Of a DNA stretch of 64,000 nucleotides, positions 10,501-19,823 are shown piece by piece; position 1 is the first letter of the stretch, and every line of letters begins with the position of its first letter. The DNA lies in the NCBI GenBank assembly GCA_032718475.1, contig JAUCBJ010001576.1:1-64000 (forward strand), written 5' to 3'. The notes under the pieces were generated by a model. The model did no database searches and had not been told where the DNA came from. It saw nothing but the letters and a program-made list of their open reading frames with translations. The translations under genes and the position numbers were made by a program. This DNA is from Nemertoderma westbladi (lineage: Eukaryota > Animalia > Xenacoelomorpha).

Positions 10501-12699
10501 AGCAGTATAGATGCGTGTAGGCTCCACACCTTGCGCATGTAATACTTCAGACCTAACAGGTTGACACAATGTTACAGGGGGTATTGGTATACCATTTTGT
10601 ATATTGACTAATTTGTCGCGTTCTAGCGCGATACTTTGCTGCACTTCTTGCAATTCGGCCCTACCTTCCCTTACTGTTCCCTTAAGTTGGTGGACAGTCT
10701 CCTGCATCTGTCCGAGCAGGAGATTCATCCCCCGCCGTCCCTCCTCTACCCACTCGACCGCCGAAGCGGGAGTCGCCAACATTGTAGCGGGCTGACGCGG
10801 GACGACGGGAGACAAATCTTTGATTTCTCTCTCAGCTTCCAGGACAGGGATATTCTCATGGACTGTTCTACCGGGTACAGGCAGTGTAGTACTGTGTAAA
10901 TGGAATTTAGAGTTTGTTTCAGGGAGTACAGGTGTCTCTAGCACCGAAGGGGTGGCTTTGAGAAAAGGCCTAATTATTTCAGGCTCATCTGTTATAGTAG
11001 GGAGTCTGTTGACGGTAATAATTCGGTCTGTGGGTTCTGTACTACCTACTGTTGTGCTAGCTAATTGTCTTCTAACAGCTGGGGGCAAATCAGGCAATTT
11101 ATGACGGTGAGATGTTCTTCTACGTCTACTGAGACGAGATTGATTTCCTCCACCTTCAGGATCGGTGGTATCCCCTTCCTCCGATGATGTATAGCCTTGG
11201 CGTTTGGAAGTAGATCGACTCATCATCTGCATTCGACTGTCTGTTAACTGCCTACCGATGCTGTCTTGCGTCTCCTGCAGATTTTCTAACTCCAGCTGGG
11301 TGGTCTCCTCAGACGCTCTCCGTTCTGCTTCTGCCACTGCCTCCGCCGCCTTTCTTTCCGCCTTTCTGTCTGCTTCGGCCGCTGCTTCTGCCGCCTTTCT
11401 GTCTGCTTCTGCTTTTGCCTCCGCCGCTTTTATTTCCGCTTCGGCCGCTGCTTCTGCCGCCTTTCTTTCCGCCTTTCTGTCTGCTTCTGCTGTTGCCATT
11501 GCCGCTGCTATTGCTGCTGCCTTTTTGTCTTCAATCCGCCTTTTCTTTACTTGTTCTTCTTGAGCTCTAGCTATGCGGAGACGTTCATCAAATTTAGCTT
11601 GGTCCGCAGCTATCATCTCAGTATCGATTGCGTCCAACACAAGCTTGGTTCCTTCACTATTAGGGGAAAGTCCAGACAGCCGTCTCCTCAACTCTTCGTC
11701 TCCTAGGAATCGCTGATAGTCGGACAGATAAATGTCGATAGCGTCTCTAGTTCGCGGTCTCTCTGCTGTCACTTCGCTTTCCGCTTGAGAAAGGGTGGCA
11801 TCGGTTGGTTCTTCATAGGTTGGTCTCTCAGCCAGCTGGGATTTCCACTGGGCAGTTTCTTGTACTTTGAGACTTACCCGCTGGAACCAAGTCTTGACAG
11901 CAACCTGCAGCGACGTGTCCTGTCTTCTTTTGAAAGTTTCCTCAAAGGCTGACAAGATTAGTCTAATGCGTAGGGTTCTTTCGCGTACTTGATATAGCAG
12001 CTCTTCCTGCTCTCGAGGTCCTTGGGGTTGTCGAAACAATTGTTCTTCCAATCGTTCTAAGGAGCCGAAGAATCCCTGCACATATCCTGCTGCCGACCTC
12101 TTCCAAACAGCTGGATCCATCGTATCTTTAGCCACTCCCATTCTGTGTATATCTTCCCAAGTAGCTTCGGACAAATCTAACGGGAGTCCGGGTCCGGGAA
12201 AGTTCCATTGTGACTCGACAATAGACATCAATTCTTCCCTGGCGTATCCCGCATAACTATCTTGGGTCGCTCGCTTACTTCTCGCCCAATCGGCTTGATG
12301 TTCCTCCACCGCAATCAATATAGTAGTTAGCACTGCGGCAGGAAGGGTGAGAAGGGGATCCGAGTAGGCTGTAGCCGCCATCTGCACTCCGCGTTCGGGG
12401 GTCAGCTCTGCAGTATCCGAACTACTGGAGCTATCGGATCGCTGGGAACAAGTTTCTTGACTAGGATGTTGCTGCTGTTGGACAGCTGCTTCCTGGTTCC
12501 GTTTGACTTGGGCCCGAGTGCCGATGATAGACCTACGGTGTTGGATCAGCTTAGGGTCTGATACTACTACTGGAGGGATGACCTTTCTTTCAGTAGGAGG
12601 TGAGCTGAACTCCTTTCTTAATCGCTCCACACTCCTATCCGTGTCACAGATGGTTGTATCGATTAGACTGTCTGACAGGTTTTGCTGGGTGTCAGACAT
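4564..12699 (-). CDS. BEL/Pao Gag-Pol polyprotein, 2711 aa, intact
   Basis: Gag core (KFNGDEMKWLPF), BEL-type triple Cys/His knuckles (CALCDGTHRLSAC, CYNCLRPGHQRRTC, CAKCDAKHHILLH), aspartic protease LLDSGS, RT with SDIEGMF and YMDD, RNase H FGDAS, integrase H-H-C-C plus GVDLFGP / SDKGTNF / GGSWERL. Confidence 0.97.
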   Translation of the reverse strand: MSDTQQNLSDSLIDTTICDTDRSVERLRKEFSSPPTERKVIPPVVVSDPKLIQHRRSIIGTRAQVKRNQEAAVQQQQHPSQETCSQRSDSSSSSDTAELTPERGVQMAATAYSDPLLTLPAAVLTTILIAVEEHQADWARSKRATQDSYAGYAREELMSIVESQWNFPGPGLPLDLSEATWEDIHRMGVAKDTMDPAVWKRSAAGYVQGFFGSLERLEEQLFRQPQGPREQEELLYQVRERTLRIRLILSAFEETFKRRQDTSLQVAVKTWFQRVSLKVQETAQWKSQLAERPTYEEPTDATLSQAESEVTAERPRTRDAIDIYLSDYQRFLGDEELRRRLSGLSPNSEGTKLVLDAIDTEMIAADQAKFDERLRIARAQEEQVKKRRIEDKKAAAIAAAMATAEADRKAERKAAEAAAEAEIKAAEAKAEADRKAAEAAAEADRKAERKAAEAVAEAERRASEETTQLELENLQETQDSIGRQLTDSRMQMMSRSTSKRQGYTSSEEGDTTDPEGGGNQSRLSRRRRTSHRHKLPDLPPAVRRQLASTTVGSTEPTDRIITVNRLPTITDEPEIIRPFLKATPSVLETPVLPETNSKFHLHSTTLPVPGRTVHENIPVLEAEREIKDLSPVVPRQPATMLATPASAVEWVEEGRRGMNLLLGQMQETVHQLKGTVREGRAELQEVQQSIALERDKLVNIQNGIPIPPVTLCQPVRSEVLHAQGVEPTRIYTASEVETPIANPIKGDYKPVVNDIPYRPDNDPRNLYADNSILNNTMAQESFTRQRARTEARQAVKVGEIVKFNGDEMKWLPFNEYYKDSIQNSVLSNGEKLRFLIKCLEGPPKLMALKFIGHPEGLRQVWDTLNIRYGNKDNIAKYLYAKLVAPRNFLSSGIIEFSDEIQEICRQLDWLGKSHEYQSSMVIGAVVSTLPKGGVCTRWDKKVLYMNEQQRRSPTMADLMSFLDGEVKLQLIKQSREKTSENKVSEKPVSRRRVTPVCYTDDGESQASQEEDSGKDTDRSYYVGKTSKDVSKYKARTNDRREQVAKSPPQSPNRMHGRKPEERTRVHQVTQGKVSNIKPNCALCDGTHRLSACAEFLKKSLVDRSAVVWDKRLCYNCLRPGHQRRTCYSDVKCAKCDAKHHILLHSEFERNNPSKVSEPELHVQFSDVNDTDQESEMEGFYTDEFSDANESCYLINTAVYRALTYEKDTENEFPPTTFDRQPSWKAPTSNVGIREFPVVQVRVHGPNKSYIVNALLDSGSTGTFIDQELAEDIFAGQPKFRTKLNMSGIMQVWKSTLTADYYVGVLSTPQDKLGAQGIRSVKMVAIKNFATTQADLYNWDEDESIQHLKIPRFQTDYPGVQILIGQNAHEALETLEKRPAQPQPLQTYAVRTRVGWYFTGPSRRTLEERMPQERIYQVNDREVESSEVDELTEGTPYSSDNDDIYQLFDEENTIDLLTENKTWKNQVNLCQLIHPSGPIDYNDELNDEIERYNARTRDKLAVRFFTQELVEPNSYDKALSIEEERAKQIQETTTRFLKDQGRYEIGLPFRKREPRFINNRPLAEKRIAQLHRRLTANASAKEMYQTQLKKFITKGYAERVPEGTPVTERTYYLTHHYVPKPGKPHEVRVVFDGSTLYMGQSLNSELLPGPNLLQSLLGILLRLRQYSIAFASDIEGMFLQVKALDRDRDSLRFLWWPEGDLNQKPIEYWMTIQAFGIISSPSNACSVVRTTANDNRDSFSKEVIDNIKRNIYMDDNLRSLPSVEEAIDVAKGTVECLKRGGFRLTKFTSNSREFLEAIPVEDRGTKDLDLIKDDLPETKTLGLKWDTERDILFFQLKQRDNPVRTKRICLSILSTYFDPLGFISPVILIARSLVQQMWLENHSWDDPLKGELLKKWMKWEDSLPAIKNFIISRAYFGHVLPTYSYQLHVFGDASDMGIGIVAYLRVETPDGIKVALVTSKALINNKLKVPRAELKAALYATAIGRNVTEQIDYPLEKTVYWTDALLVLEYLTNEVCQFSVFVTNRVAIILSRTKIDQWRHCPGTINPADIASRGATPQELIDTPDWLGGPDFLSKEEDEWPPHLTTAEIRQAKGAETVKPKTRASKSKLFKPTIDLSVLHTSGNDASDPQSLATNKSVVEIRDRDWKSGIPDVSQGISPLLQRAMHHYSSWNRLCKAVTYLRRCFHHHYSRTKTTSDTAPLTSAQVHVIKNLPKYKTSDRFLKEKISYQEHEETNKQILRLLQCYEDSDKYFLLLRNPQMRLRDRFSSTMIDGLIRVGGRLTNAPLSFDTKFPILIRNLEVQIKMIVDVHSKLYHAGRERVLSEIRTRYYFDKPRRALNQVLRNCIPCRKAFSRPLTQREAELPRERVSFFEPPFTNTGVDLFGPIEVYRARTIVKRWCVIFVCMTCRAIHLDMVNDLSTNSFVLSLRRQIARFGTSNTMRSDKGTNFIGANNEIQAYVKDWNQRQVDDQLRITASSWTFNAADAPWWGGSWERLIRSVKTAFHFIVPCRAYLTDELLRTLMEEIAAYLNERPLMPVSSSPDSLEALTPAHFLLKKPVAMLPRLEIADGDEYCRRTWQLMQLLSHRFADHFEKHYLPMLQLRTKWFAQQGNVSTGDMVLIVDPDLPRKRWQTGRIIETHISDDGLVRSVELVVMRRNFKKPGIIFETQQLNRPVGRLCLLERDRELSGNYGRQDTLPTTTSLIPQTSRDSPT

Positions 12700-12799
12700 G
12701 TTTAGCTATACGGTTGAATGCCTACTGCTATAGTTACAGTTAAAGCAAGTCTAGTAATTCAGTATGACCGTTGGCCTAGTACCGTTAATTTATTACAGT

Positions 12800-13053
12800 A
12801 TATTAGAATACCGGTATACACTTATAATATATATAAGTATTGTAAACTAGTTTTGTCACAGAGTACCGGTATATAATTTTAGCACAAATATATATAAATA
12901 TATAATAGGCCTATCGTGAATACCGGTATGCAGCTTACACTTATAGTATATATAAGTATAATTATGAACTAGAATTAATTACAGAATACCGGTATGATTT
13001 CAGCCCAAATTTATAGAAATAAATATAATAAGCCTCTGGTAAATACCGGTATG
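12800..13053. repeat. Degenerate ~115-bp tandem duplication in the retrotransposon 5' leader with recurrent TACCGGTA palindromes
   Basis: Blocks 'ataccggtat..cttata.tatatataagtat..aactag..acaga.taccggtat..' occur twice, with five TACCGGTA motifs. Confidence 0.65.
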
Positions 13054-14460
13054 TCAATTATTTTAGAATAATTGAATTTCTGAATATTTTAGGGTTACTT
13101 GGTTACTTTAACTTACTTTATTACCGTTATTTAAGCAGTAGTCTAACTGATATTGAGACCTAGTTGTTGTATGGCAGGCCTACTATTTATAAATCGTTTG
13201 AGTTGATTTATAATATTTATATACCCGTTTAAAATGGGTTTTTTGTCAATATTTGAAATAAATGTTATTATTTCTGGGGGGAGTCACTACACAGAAGCTG
13301 TGCGCTCTCAGTGGAGTGCTACTTATTGGACACTAAAACAGATAATTCTAATTTACCTAAGTTACTTAATACTACAAATTACTTACGATATGGGTGAGAT
13401 TAAATCGCTAATTAAACACAACAAAATATTACGTACGAAATTTTTAGGGTAATTTTACAGGAAGTCTACAAACCAGCCTAACAAAGGGTTAGAATTCTGG
13501 TTATTACAACGGACAGGGTACTACGGTATTTGAAAATAATAAGTAGTAGTAAATATATTGCACTGTCCAGATAGGAAAATACCACCGCCTGACGACCTAT
13601 AGCCGTATCGCTATAGGTACTACGTTATGTATCACGGAGTGTTCCTACCTGGAAGTTAATTACCGCGGACTACCAGATCCAACGTGCCTATTAACCACTT
13701 TACAACACAAATATACTGCCTACACACTAATTACCTTCGGAAAGCACTGTACACTAAACCCTAAATTAGGTACAAGTACTGGTACAACAAATAATCAGTA
13801 GTTAAATATACTTGAACAGTTAAAAGAACCACGGCATCTGCTGGAGTGACTGGAGCACAAAGTCACCAGTCTTTACCTACGCCAAGCAGCCCGTATAGTA
13901 CCGGGGTTAATTTAACTATAACGGTATGTGTAACAAGCACAATTACTGTAGGAATAAACTTGGGGACATGAATGTTGCGAATAATCGCATAAACTCTGAA
14001 TAATAAATATTACGCTACCCGTACAGAATACTCAAACAAAATACAAACCAAACGCTGGCAGACTACCACCAAGCCTAAATAAACTACCGTATGTGCAGAT
14101 TCCGAAATGGTTAGTTAGTATGCGTTCTAACACGGTAGTACGACTTATTCTTTAAGAGGGGATTGACCTTACAGCTATGGCTGCCCCAACTTACTAACTG
14201 GCACTTTATCAGACAAACTCTACACACGCCGTAATCTCTCCAAACCCAACAACAATCCGACAACAGTCCGGCCTACAGTTATCTGAACAATCTGAGCAGA
14301 CTTACACGTCTTCAGCTCAATATTAACTTACTAGGAAACAAAACTGACAGAAATAGACCTAAGTAAAATCCCAATAAAAACCAGGCGTCCCCGATTTAAT
14401 ATCGAGACCTACCGGTATACAATAATCAAAATCGAATAATACTAATGTACTTATACTGGA

Positions 14461-14584
14461 AGTACCGGTTAGGACAGTTGGGCCTACGGACCTACAGAAG
14501 TACCGGTTCTGGCAGTTGGACCTACGGACCTACAGCAGTACCGGTTCTGGCAGTTGGGCCTACTGACCTACAGAAGTACCGGTT
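14461..14584. repeat. 38-bp tandem repeat (about 3.3 copies) in the 5' leader
   Basis: Unit AGTACCGGTTCTGGCAGTTGGGCCTACGGACCTACAGA starts at 14461, 14499 and 14537, with a partial copy at 14575. Confidence 0.9.
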
Positions 14585-14639
14585 CAGGTTTACCGGTCGA
14601 CCGGTACTTTCAACTTTATTGCTTACTGCAATAAAGTCA

Positions 14640-14650
14640 ATAACTGTTAT
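14640..14650 (-). other. Non-canonical primer-binding site ATAACAGTTAT (candidate self-priming PBS)
   Basis: Directly abuts the 5' LTR on the element strand, does not begin with TGG, and is the exact reverse complement of LTR sequence 990-980 read on the element strand. Confidence 0.55.
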
Positions 14651-15810
14651 TGTATGCGCTTTTGAAGACCTTTAGCAGTTTAACCTGCCAAAATTTATAT
14701 GTCTTTTGGTTTATAAATAGACTTTAGAAATTGACAAATATTTAATACCAATAAACACAACATTAGCAGAAGCCAGCCTAGTGCGCGTCCATTCACCCGC
14801 TGGATATACCCGGGAGACTGGATTCTGAGGGCTTAGATTATTATTGCAGTGTAAGCTTACTGTATTATTCGATTGATCGTTAATAAATAATTTCTGACTA
14901 ATATTATTCACTTTCGGGAAATATTAACAGTTCCTTTAGGACGTGGCGCTCTATCTAGGTAAACAGAGATATGACTTATACTAATCACAACGGTAAGTCG
15001 GTAAGGCTTATGATTCACGTATGAGGCGCATTCTTTAGGAAATGCTTAGTTATCAGTCACAATCATGCACACTACCGGTAAAACACAATACTGCTCACTA
15101 ATTTGCCGACCGTCAATGAATTTTATCATGTATTCTTTATACTGACTCATGTAGTGCTTATCAAATAGCATTAAATTCACTACAAACCACAATCATATAA
15201 GTCGCAATCGCTATATGTAACCTGTCTCTCTAACCTGTAGTGTATCAAGAAAATTGGGAAATTTGGGTTCTTTATAAATGTTCTCCAAATAATATTTAAC
15301 CAACTGATACAAAATATGACAACAGTAAAAAGCATTAAGACGGTAGGTTAAGATATGATATGACAAGTTATGAACTGATTATACGCTCTATAATCTTAAG
15401 CCTACTAATGTTTCTTCTAAAGTCTGAAACGAATGGACTCTAGAGCCGGTGTTCCTGGCCTAGATAGAAACAACACAACAGTATCAAGAAAAACAGTAAG
15501 ACTGAACACTCCTAGCACGATCGGCCAAATATCTCCACATCGACAGAAAAAATCGCTCTGATTGGCTGTTAAGCTAAACAAAGAACCATGTGTCCAATGG
15601 CCGTTTCCATGTCAGCAACCAGCTGTTAGATGTCGTAATCTGAATCATCAAGGCTAAGCTGTGCCAGGGTATTTGACGCATTGCGGGTTTTTTGCCTTAC
15701 CATGTCCGCCAAAGCACACATATAGAAGAATGACTTTTATGTCCGTTAAAACACCTATAACGGTACCTTGCGGGCGAGGGGGACTGAGTATATCCGCAAA
15801 AGCTTTTACA
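14651..15810 (-). repeat. 5' LTR (1160 bp)
   Basis: Second copy of 247-1418, upstream of the gag-pol ATG (12699) on the minus strand. It contains a CCAAT box (CAGCCAATCAG on the minus strand, near 15558-15568). Confidence 0.96.
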
Positions 15811-15882
15811 TACATTGTATAAACTACCGTAGCTATTTATCCAAATATATTACATTTAGTTGCCTCAAAAGTTATTCATGTG

Positions 15883-16554
15883 ATGGCCAAAAGAAGATCT
15901 GACATCAAAATAAGAAGAATCGAAGAAATCGATTTACCCAGAGTTCGAAATTTGGTTCATTACGGTTTGTTAGAACTGTGTTGGCCATTTTACATAAATG
16001 TTCTCTGCCGATCAACCTTCTATATTCCTGTCTCCAGTTTAATCGTCACAACATTTTATTTTACTTCCATAAGTCTACTTTACATATTATTGGGTTTATC
16101 ATTGCTACTCATATGTTTATATCAATGGCAGAAACTTGCCATTTATCGATCGATTTCAGTTCGACTCATACGAGGTCAAATATCTAGTTGGAATGAATTA
16201 AAGGGGCATTTCTTTATTAGAGGTGGGGATTTCTGGGTAGCAACTCTCGACGATAAAATAGTAGGATGTGTGGGGATGGAGGTTTCCGAGGATGGTGTAG
16301 CAAATCTACTAAGAATGATCACAGATCCGGATCACAGGGGATGTGGGATTGCCTCTCTACTAATGGATCACTTTATTATGGAAGCAAAGGCAAAAGGATT
16401 GCACCACCTAATGTTGGATACATCGGAATACCAATACATTGCAATGTCTTTCTATAGAAAAACAGGATGGAAACATGTTGGCAGATTTAGGATAATACTT
16501 CCGTATAATTTCATATATAATTTTTATTCAAATTATTATGAAAAATATATTTAA
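15883..16554 (+). CDS. NAT8/camello-like GNAT N-acetyltransferase, copy 1 (223 aa, single coding exon)
   Basis: N-terminal IRR..D...V, internal hydrophobic membrane segment, FWVA...IVGCVG, acetyl-CoA motif A (RMITDPDHRGCGIASLL), and LDTSEYQ..A..FYRKTGW. The ATG at 15883 is preferred over the GTG at 15880. Confidence 0.88.
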   Translation: MAKRRSDIKIRRIEEIDLPRVRNLVHYGLLELCWPFYINVLCRSTFYIPVSSLIVTTFYFTSISLLYILLGLSLLLICLYQWQKLAIYRSISVRLIRGQISSWNELKGHFFIRGGDFWVATLDDKIVGCVGMEVSEDGVANLLRMITDPDHRGCGIASLLMDHFIMEAKAKGLHHLMLDTSEYQYIAMSFYRKTGWKHVGRFRIILPYNFIYNFYSNYYEKYI

Positions 16555-16927
16555 TTGTTTAATTAAAAAATTAACAAATCAGTTATATGTATCAACGTAT
16601 GGGCACTTATTATCATCCGGTGGTTGAGAGTAGAGGCGCTGTTATGCCTGGCACGAACTCTTTTGATGAGTGTCTTTTGGTGATTAGGGTTGTCTGTAGT
16701 CAATTCGTTACTCTGCCTCTGTGGTGGTGGTTGTTGATCTTGATATATGTCACATTTATTTCTTCATTACTGTATATCAAGATATGTCTTGTTATAGTTA
16801 TTTGATATTTAATCCTTTTATGTGTTCCAATGTTATACCTACCATCCAGATGTGTATAGAAATTTAGAACAATTTGTTATTATGTTTTTTAGTATTGCGC
16901 TATATTGATTTGCTTTAGACATAGATA

Positions 16928-17530
16928 TCAACCTGGGACCAAGGTCGAGCGAACTCGGACAGTGGAAATGAGATCCTTCCAGGCTTCCCAATTCTCCATA
17001 GTTGTCGCAATTTCGTTTCTCTCAAGTTCAGTATCCCTTTCAAGTTGATCTATATATGTTATGACCGGTCGTCCACGACTACGCTTTCCATGAGTTGGTT
17101 GCCAGAGGAGTAGATCTGGTATGACCTCGTCTTTACTTCTCCAGCAGTGCCCACTGAATCTTAATCTGCGTTCACGGAGGGTGGTTGATACAGGTGTATT
17201 GTACCATAAAGCTCGGCGTTTGTCATGTGTTGTATCCAGCTGATGTTTAGGGCTGTCCTTAGTAGTCTTGTGTAGCAACCATCAATGCGTTGTTTAATTG
17301 ATTTGGTCAGTGTCCAGGTCTCACCCCCTTATAAAAGTACACTTTTCACTCTGTCTCGAAAGAGTCACTGTGCCTGGAGAGGTCTGATTATCAGACTGAT
17401 TTCCAGATGGTATCCATTTTTGATAGAGCTACCCATCTTTGCTTTCCTAACTTCGATGTCCTTTTTGCTACTCTCTATCCATGATCATGACTGGAAGTCG
17501 TCGACCTTCCTTTGTTGATTAGTGCGATTG
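16928..17530 (-). mobile_element. Degenerate 3' fragment of an RTE-like non-LTR retrotransposon (LINE)
   Basis: Frameshifted translation gives ..VLL.GGETWTLTKSIKQRIDGCYTRLLR..RLRFSGHCWRS..LLWQPTHGKRSRGRP..YIDQL, typical of the C-terminus of RTE-type ORFs. Confidence 0.8.
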
Positions 17531-18371
17531 CTTTGTCGCCACTACTGATTCACTCTATGATCTCCAGTTCAGTATATAGATATGGGCGAGTACCACGCTG
17601 TAAAGCTGGTGAGTATAACTATTCCCGACATACAAACTCAGAGTACGGCTATTTTTCTCGTGGCAAAAGTTGAGATCATGGCAATTGTTGGATAATGTTG
17701 TATATAATTAGAACTGAGATGACTAAACTGGGATGTGGGAGGTGTGCAATGGATTGGTGGATAATGATTAGGTGTCTGTACATTGGCATTGGATGGCAAT
17801 GAGATCTGATGTGGCAATAATGGAGCAGATGCTGAAGTGCTACCTTTCATCATGATATTCATATTGGGTTCGTGAGCATGTGATGTTGATGACGGTAAAC
17901 TTGGATGAATGAAGACACTTAGGCGCTTGGGGAAATCGAACAATTTTTAAAGTTGGATGAGGTGTTTGAGTATATACTGTTGGAAGTATCTTTTTGTGGA
18001 TTGGAGGGTGGGGATCAAGGAGATATTAATTTTGTCTTTGAACTGTGGAACCATTGCACCTGGGATATGTAGGCCTATATGGGGTCAAACACAGGTGAAT
18101 ATAGCTAGATGAAGCAATGAAAGGGGGCACATACATGATGGGAGATAATGCCATCATGGTCAATCTGGATGGCTTTCATCATTTGGGATGGATGACTAGA
18201 GGCAGAACCAAAGGCTATGGAGTTGGGGTGAGTTAGGAATAGAGAAAGAGCCACTGACAGGTTGAAGTTCCAGGGGTATAAACAAGAGTGGGAAGGGCCA
18301 GGGCAATGTGCAATAGTTTGAAGCACATGTGAATGATAACAATGCGCATCGGGGTGTCATCAGTTAAACAG

Positions 18372-18603
18372 GGGGGGGGGGACTGGACGCAAAACCCGCC
18401 TTGGCGAATTAATATCCCGCCTCCATGTTAAATCCTCAATTAGGGAAATGAGGAGGTTACAGTGACACGTTATTCTATCCAAAACAATAAACTAAAGTCC
18501 ATAGAACAGGTTATAGTTTTAATTTTGGGAGTAATGAGCTGATATTTGCGTCGATTTCCCCTATTTTTATTGCGTCGAAAGTCCCCCCCCCCCCCCCCCC
18601 CCC
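18372..18603. mobile_element. Possible small MITE with poly-G/poly-C ends
   Basis: Left end G10-ACTGGACGCAA versus right end reverse complement G21-ACTTTCGACGCAA (imperfect TIR). No clear TSD. Confidence 0.35.
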
Positions 18604-19823
18604 ATCTGCATCAGATGTGGTGAGAACCTGGCCTGAGCCAAGGTAATCGGTACATCGAGACAGATAGTGGTACCATGGGAGTAAGTCAGATTCAGCACTA
18701 CAATCGAGTAGGATGTGGATGTGTTTACCTTGATAATGTACAACATTATTAGGCATGTAGTTACAATGTTGATTGTAGGAACAGAAAATGGTGCAGGAGT
18801 GGAATCATCACTGATCATGTGTTGAAGACATCCGGCAAGTTGTAGTCCCCATCGATGTGTGCCGGACGGACTCAGGAATTGAACTGCTTGTCGGTGGGTG
18901 ACAGGAATGGACAGGCGCTGAAAAAGTTGTCCATTGAACTGCGCTTCGATTGGGTGCACAAGCACAATAAGCTTGGCACTGACCGATAGGCCATACAGGA
19001 GGAGTAGCCGGTGAGGGCCACCAGGGCGGAGAGTAAAAGGTGCGGACTACCACCTAGGCATGTAATTTATCCAATAAACATATCCGGTCAGATCAATCAA
19101 TCTTAGCGTCAGAGCCTTTATGCTGACCAATGCACGGGAGCAGAGTGTGGTTCCTACCATTGCCTAATTTGGAGGGGGTCTGGGTGTACTAACCAAAATT
19201 AACAGAGAACATCAAAGTTCACAAGGTGACAAGATACTGGTACAAGTCCTACATGATGTTGTTCATGTGGAGGGCTATCTCCTGAAAGAGAAAAAGTATG
19301 TGCCAGTTGCATGTAAACCAAAATCAAGGAAAATGGAAAATGGAGCCGCATTTATTGGAACTACAAGCGATCACAGGAGCATTGCTTGTGACCTGACTGC
19401 ATCAGTTCTGAGCGTCAGATTGGAATGCAGGAGTGTACGACAGTCAAATTGTGATGCTATACCTTGAATGAGTTCATGGACTTGTTTTCTTGTCGATGAG
19501 TGAGTTTATGGGGGTTTTAGAGAGCCAGTAAATGCTATTGCATGCTAGGCAAACATGTAAAATCTGCTGTTGTGGTTAGTAGAGGAGTGGGACAAAACAG
19601 CAGTTCCACCACGCCTGAGGTAAGGCAGGAACGCATGAGCAAGTGGAAGTCCATCAATAACAGATGTATGGTAAGCAATGACCATGGAGTGAAAGGGATA
19701 CAGCGCTGTTCGTTCATTCATGGTACTGATACCAATACTGTAGAGGTACTGGTCGATTAGAGAAATGGAGCAGCCTATTGTAGGCCTGGACAAACGTCAG
19801 ACCATGTCAGTCAAATGCAAGTC

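Larger units (their letters stand above)
247..15810 (-). mobile_element. Full-length BEL/Pao (Belpaoviridae) LTR retrotransposon
   Basis: Two near-identical direct repeats (247-1418 and 14651-15810), each bounded by TG..CA, flanked by the 5-bp target duplication TACAT (242-246 and 15811-15815). They enclose a single Gag-PR-RT-RH-IN ORF in BEL/Pao domain order. Confidence 0.97.

Noticed and set aside
17560-19820. Several short ORFs between the LINE fragments
   Set aside because: No recognisable domains; probably decayed repeat sequence that I cannot classify.
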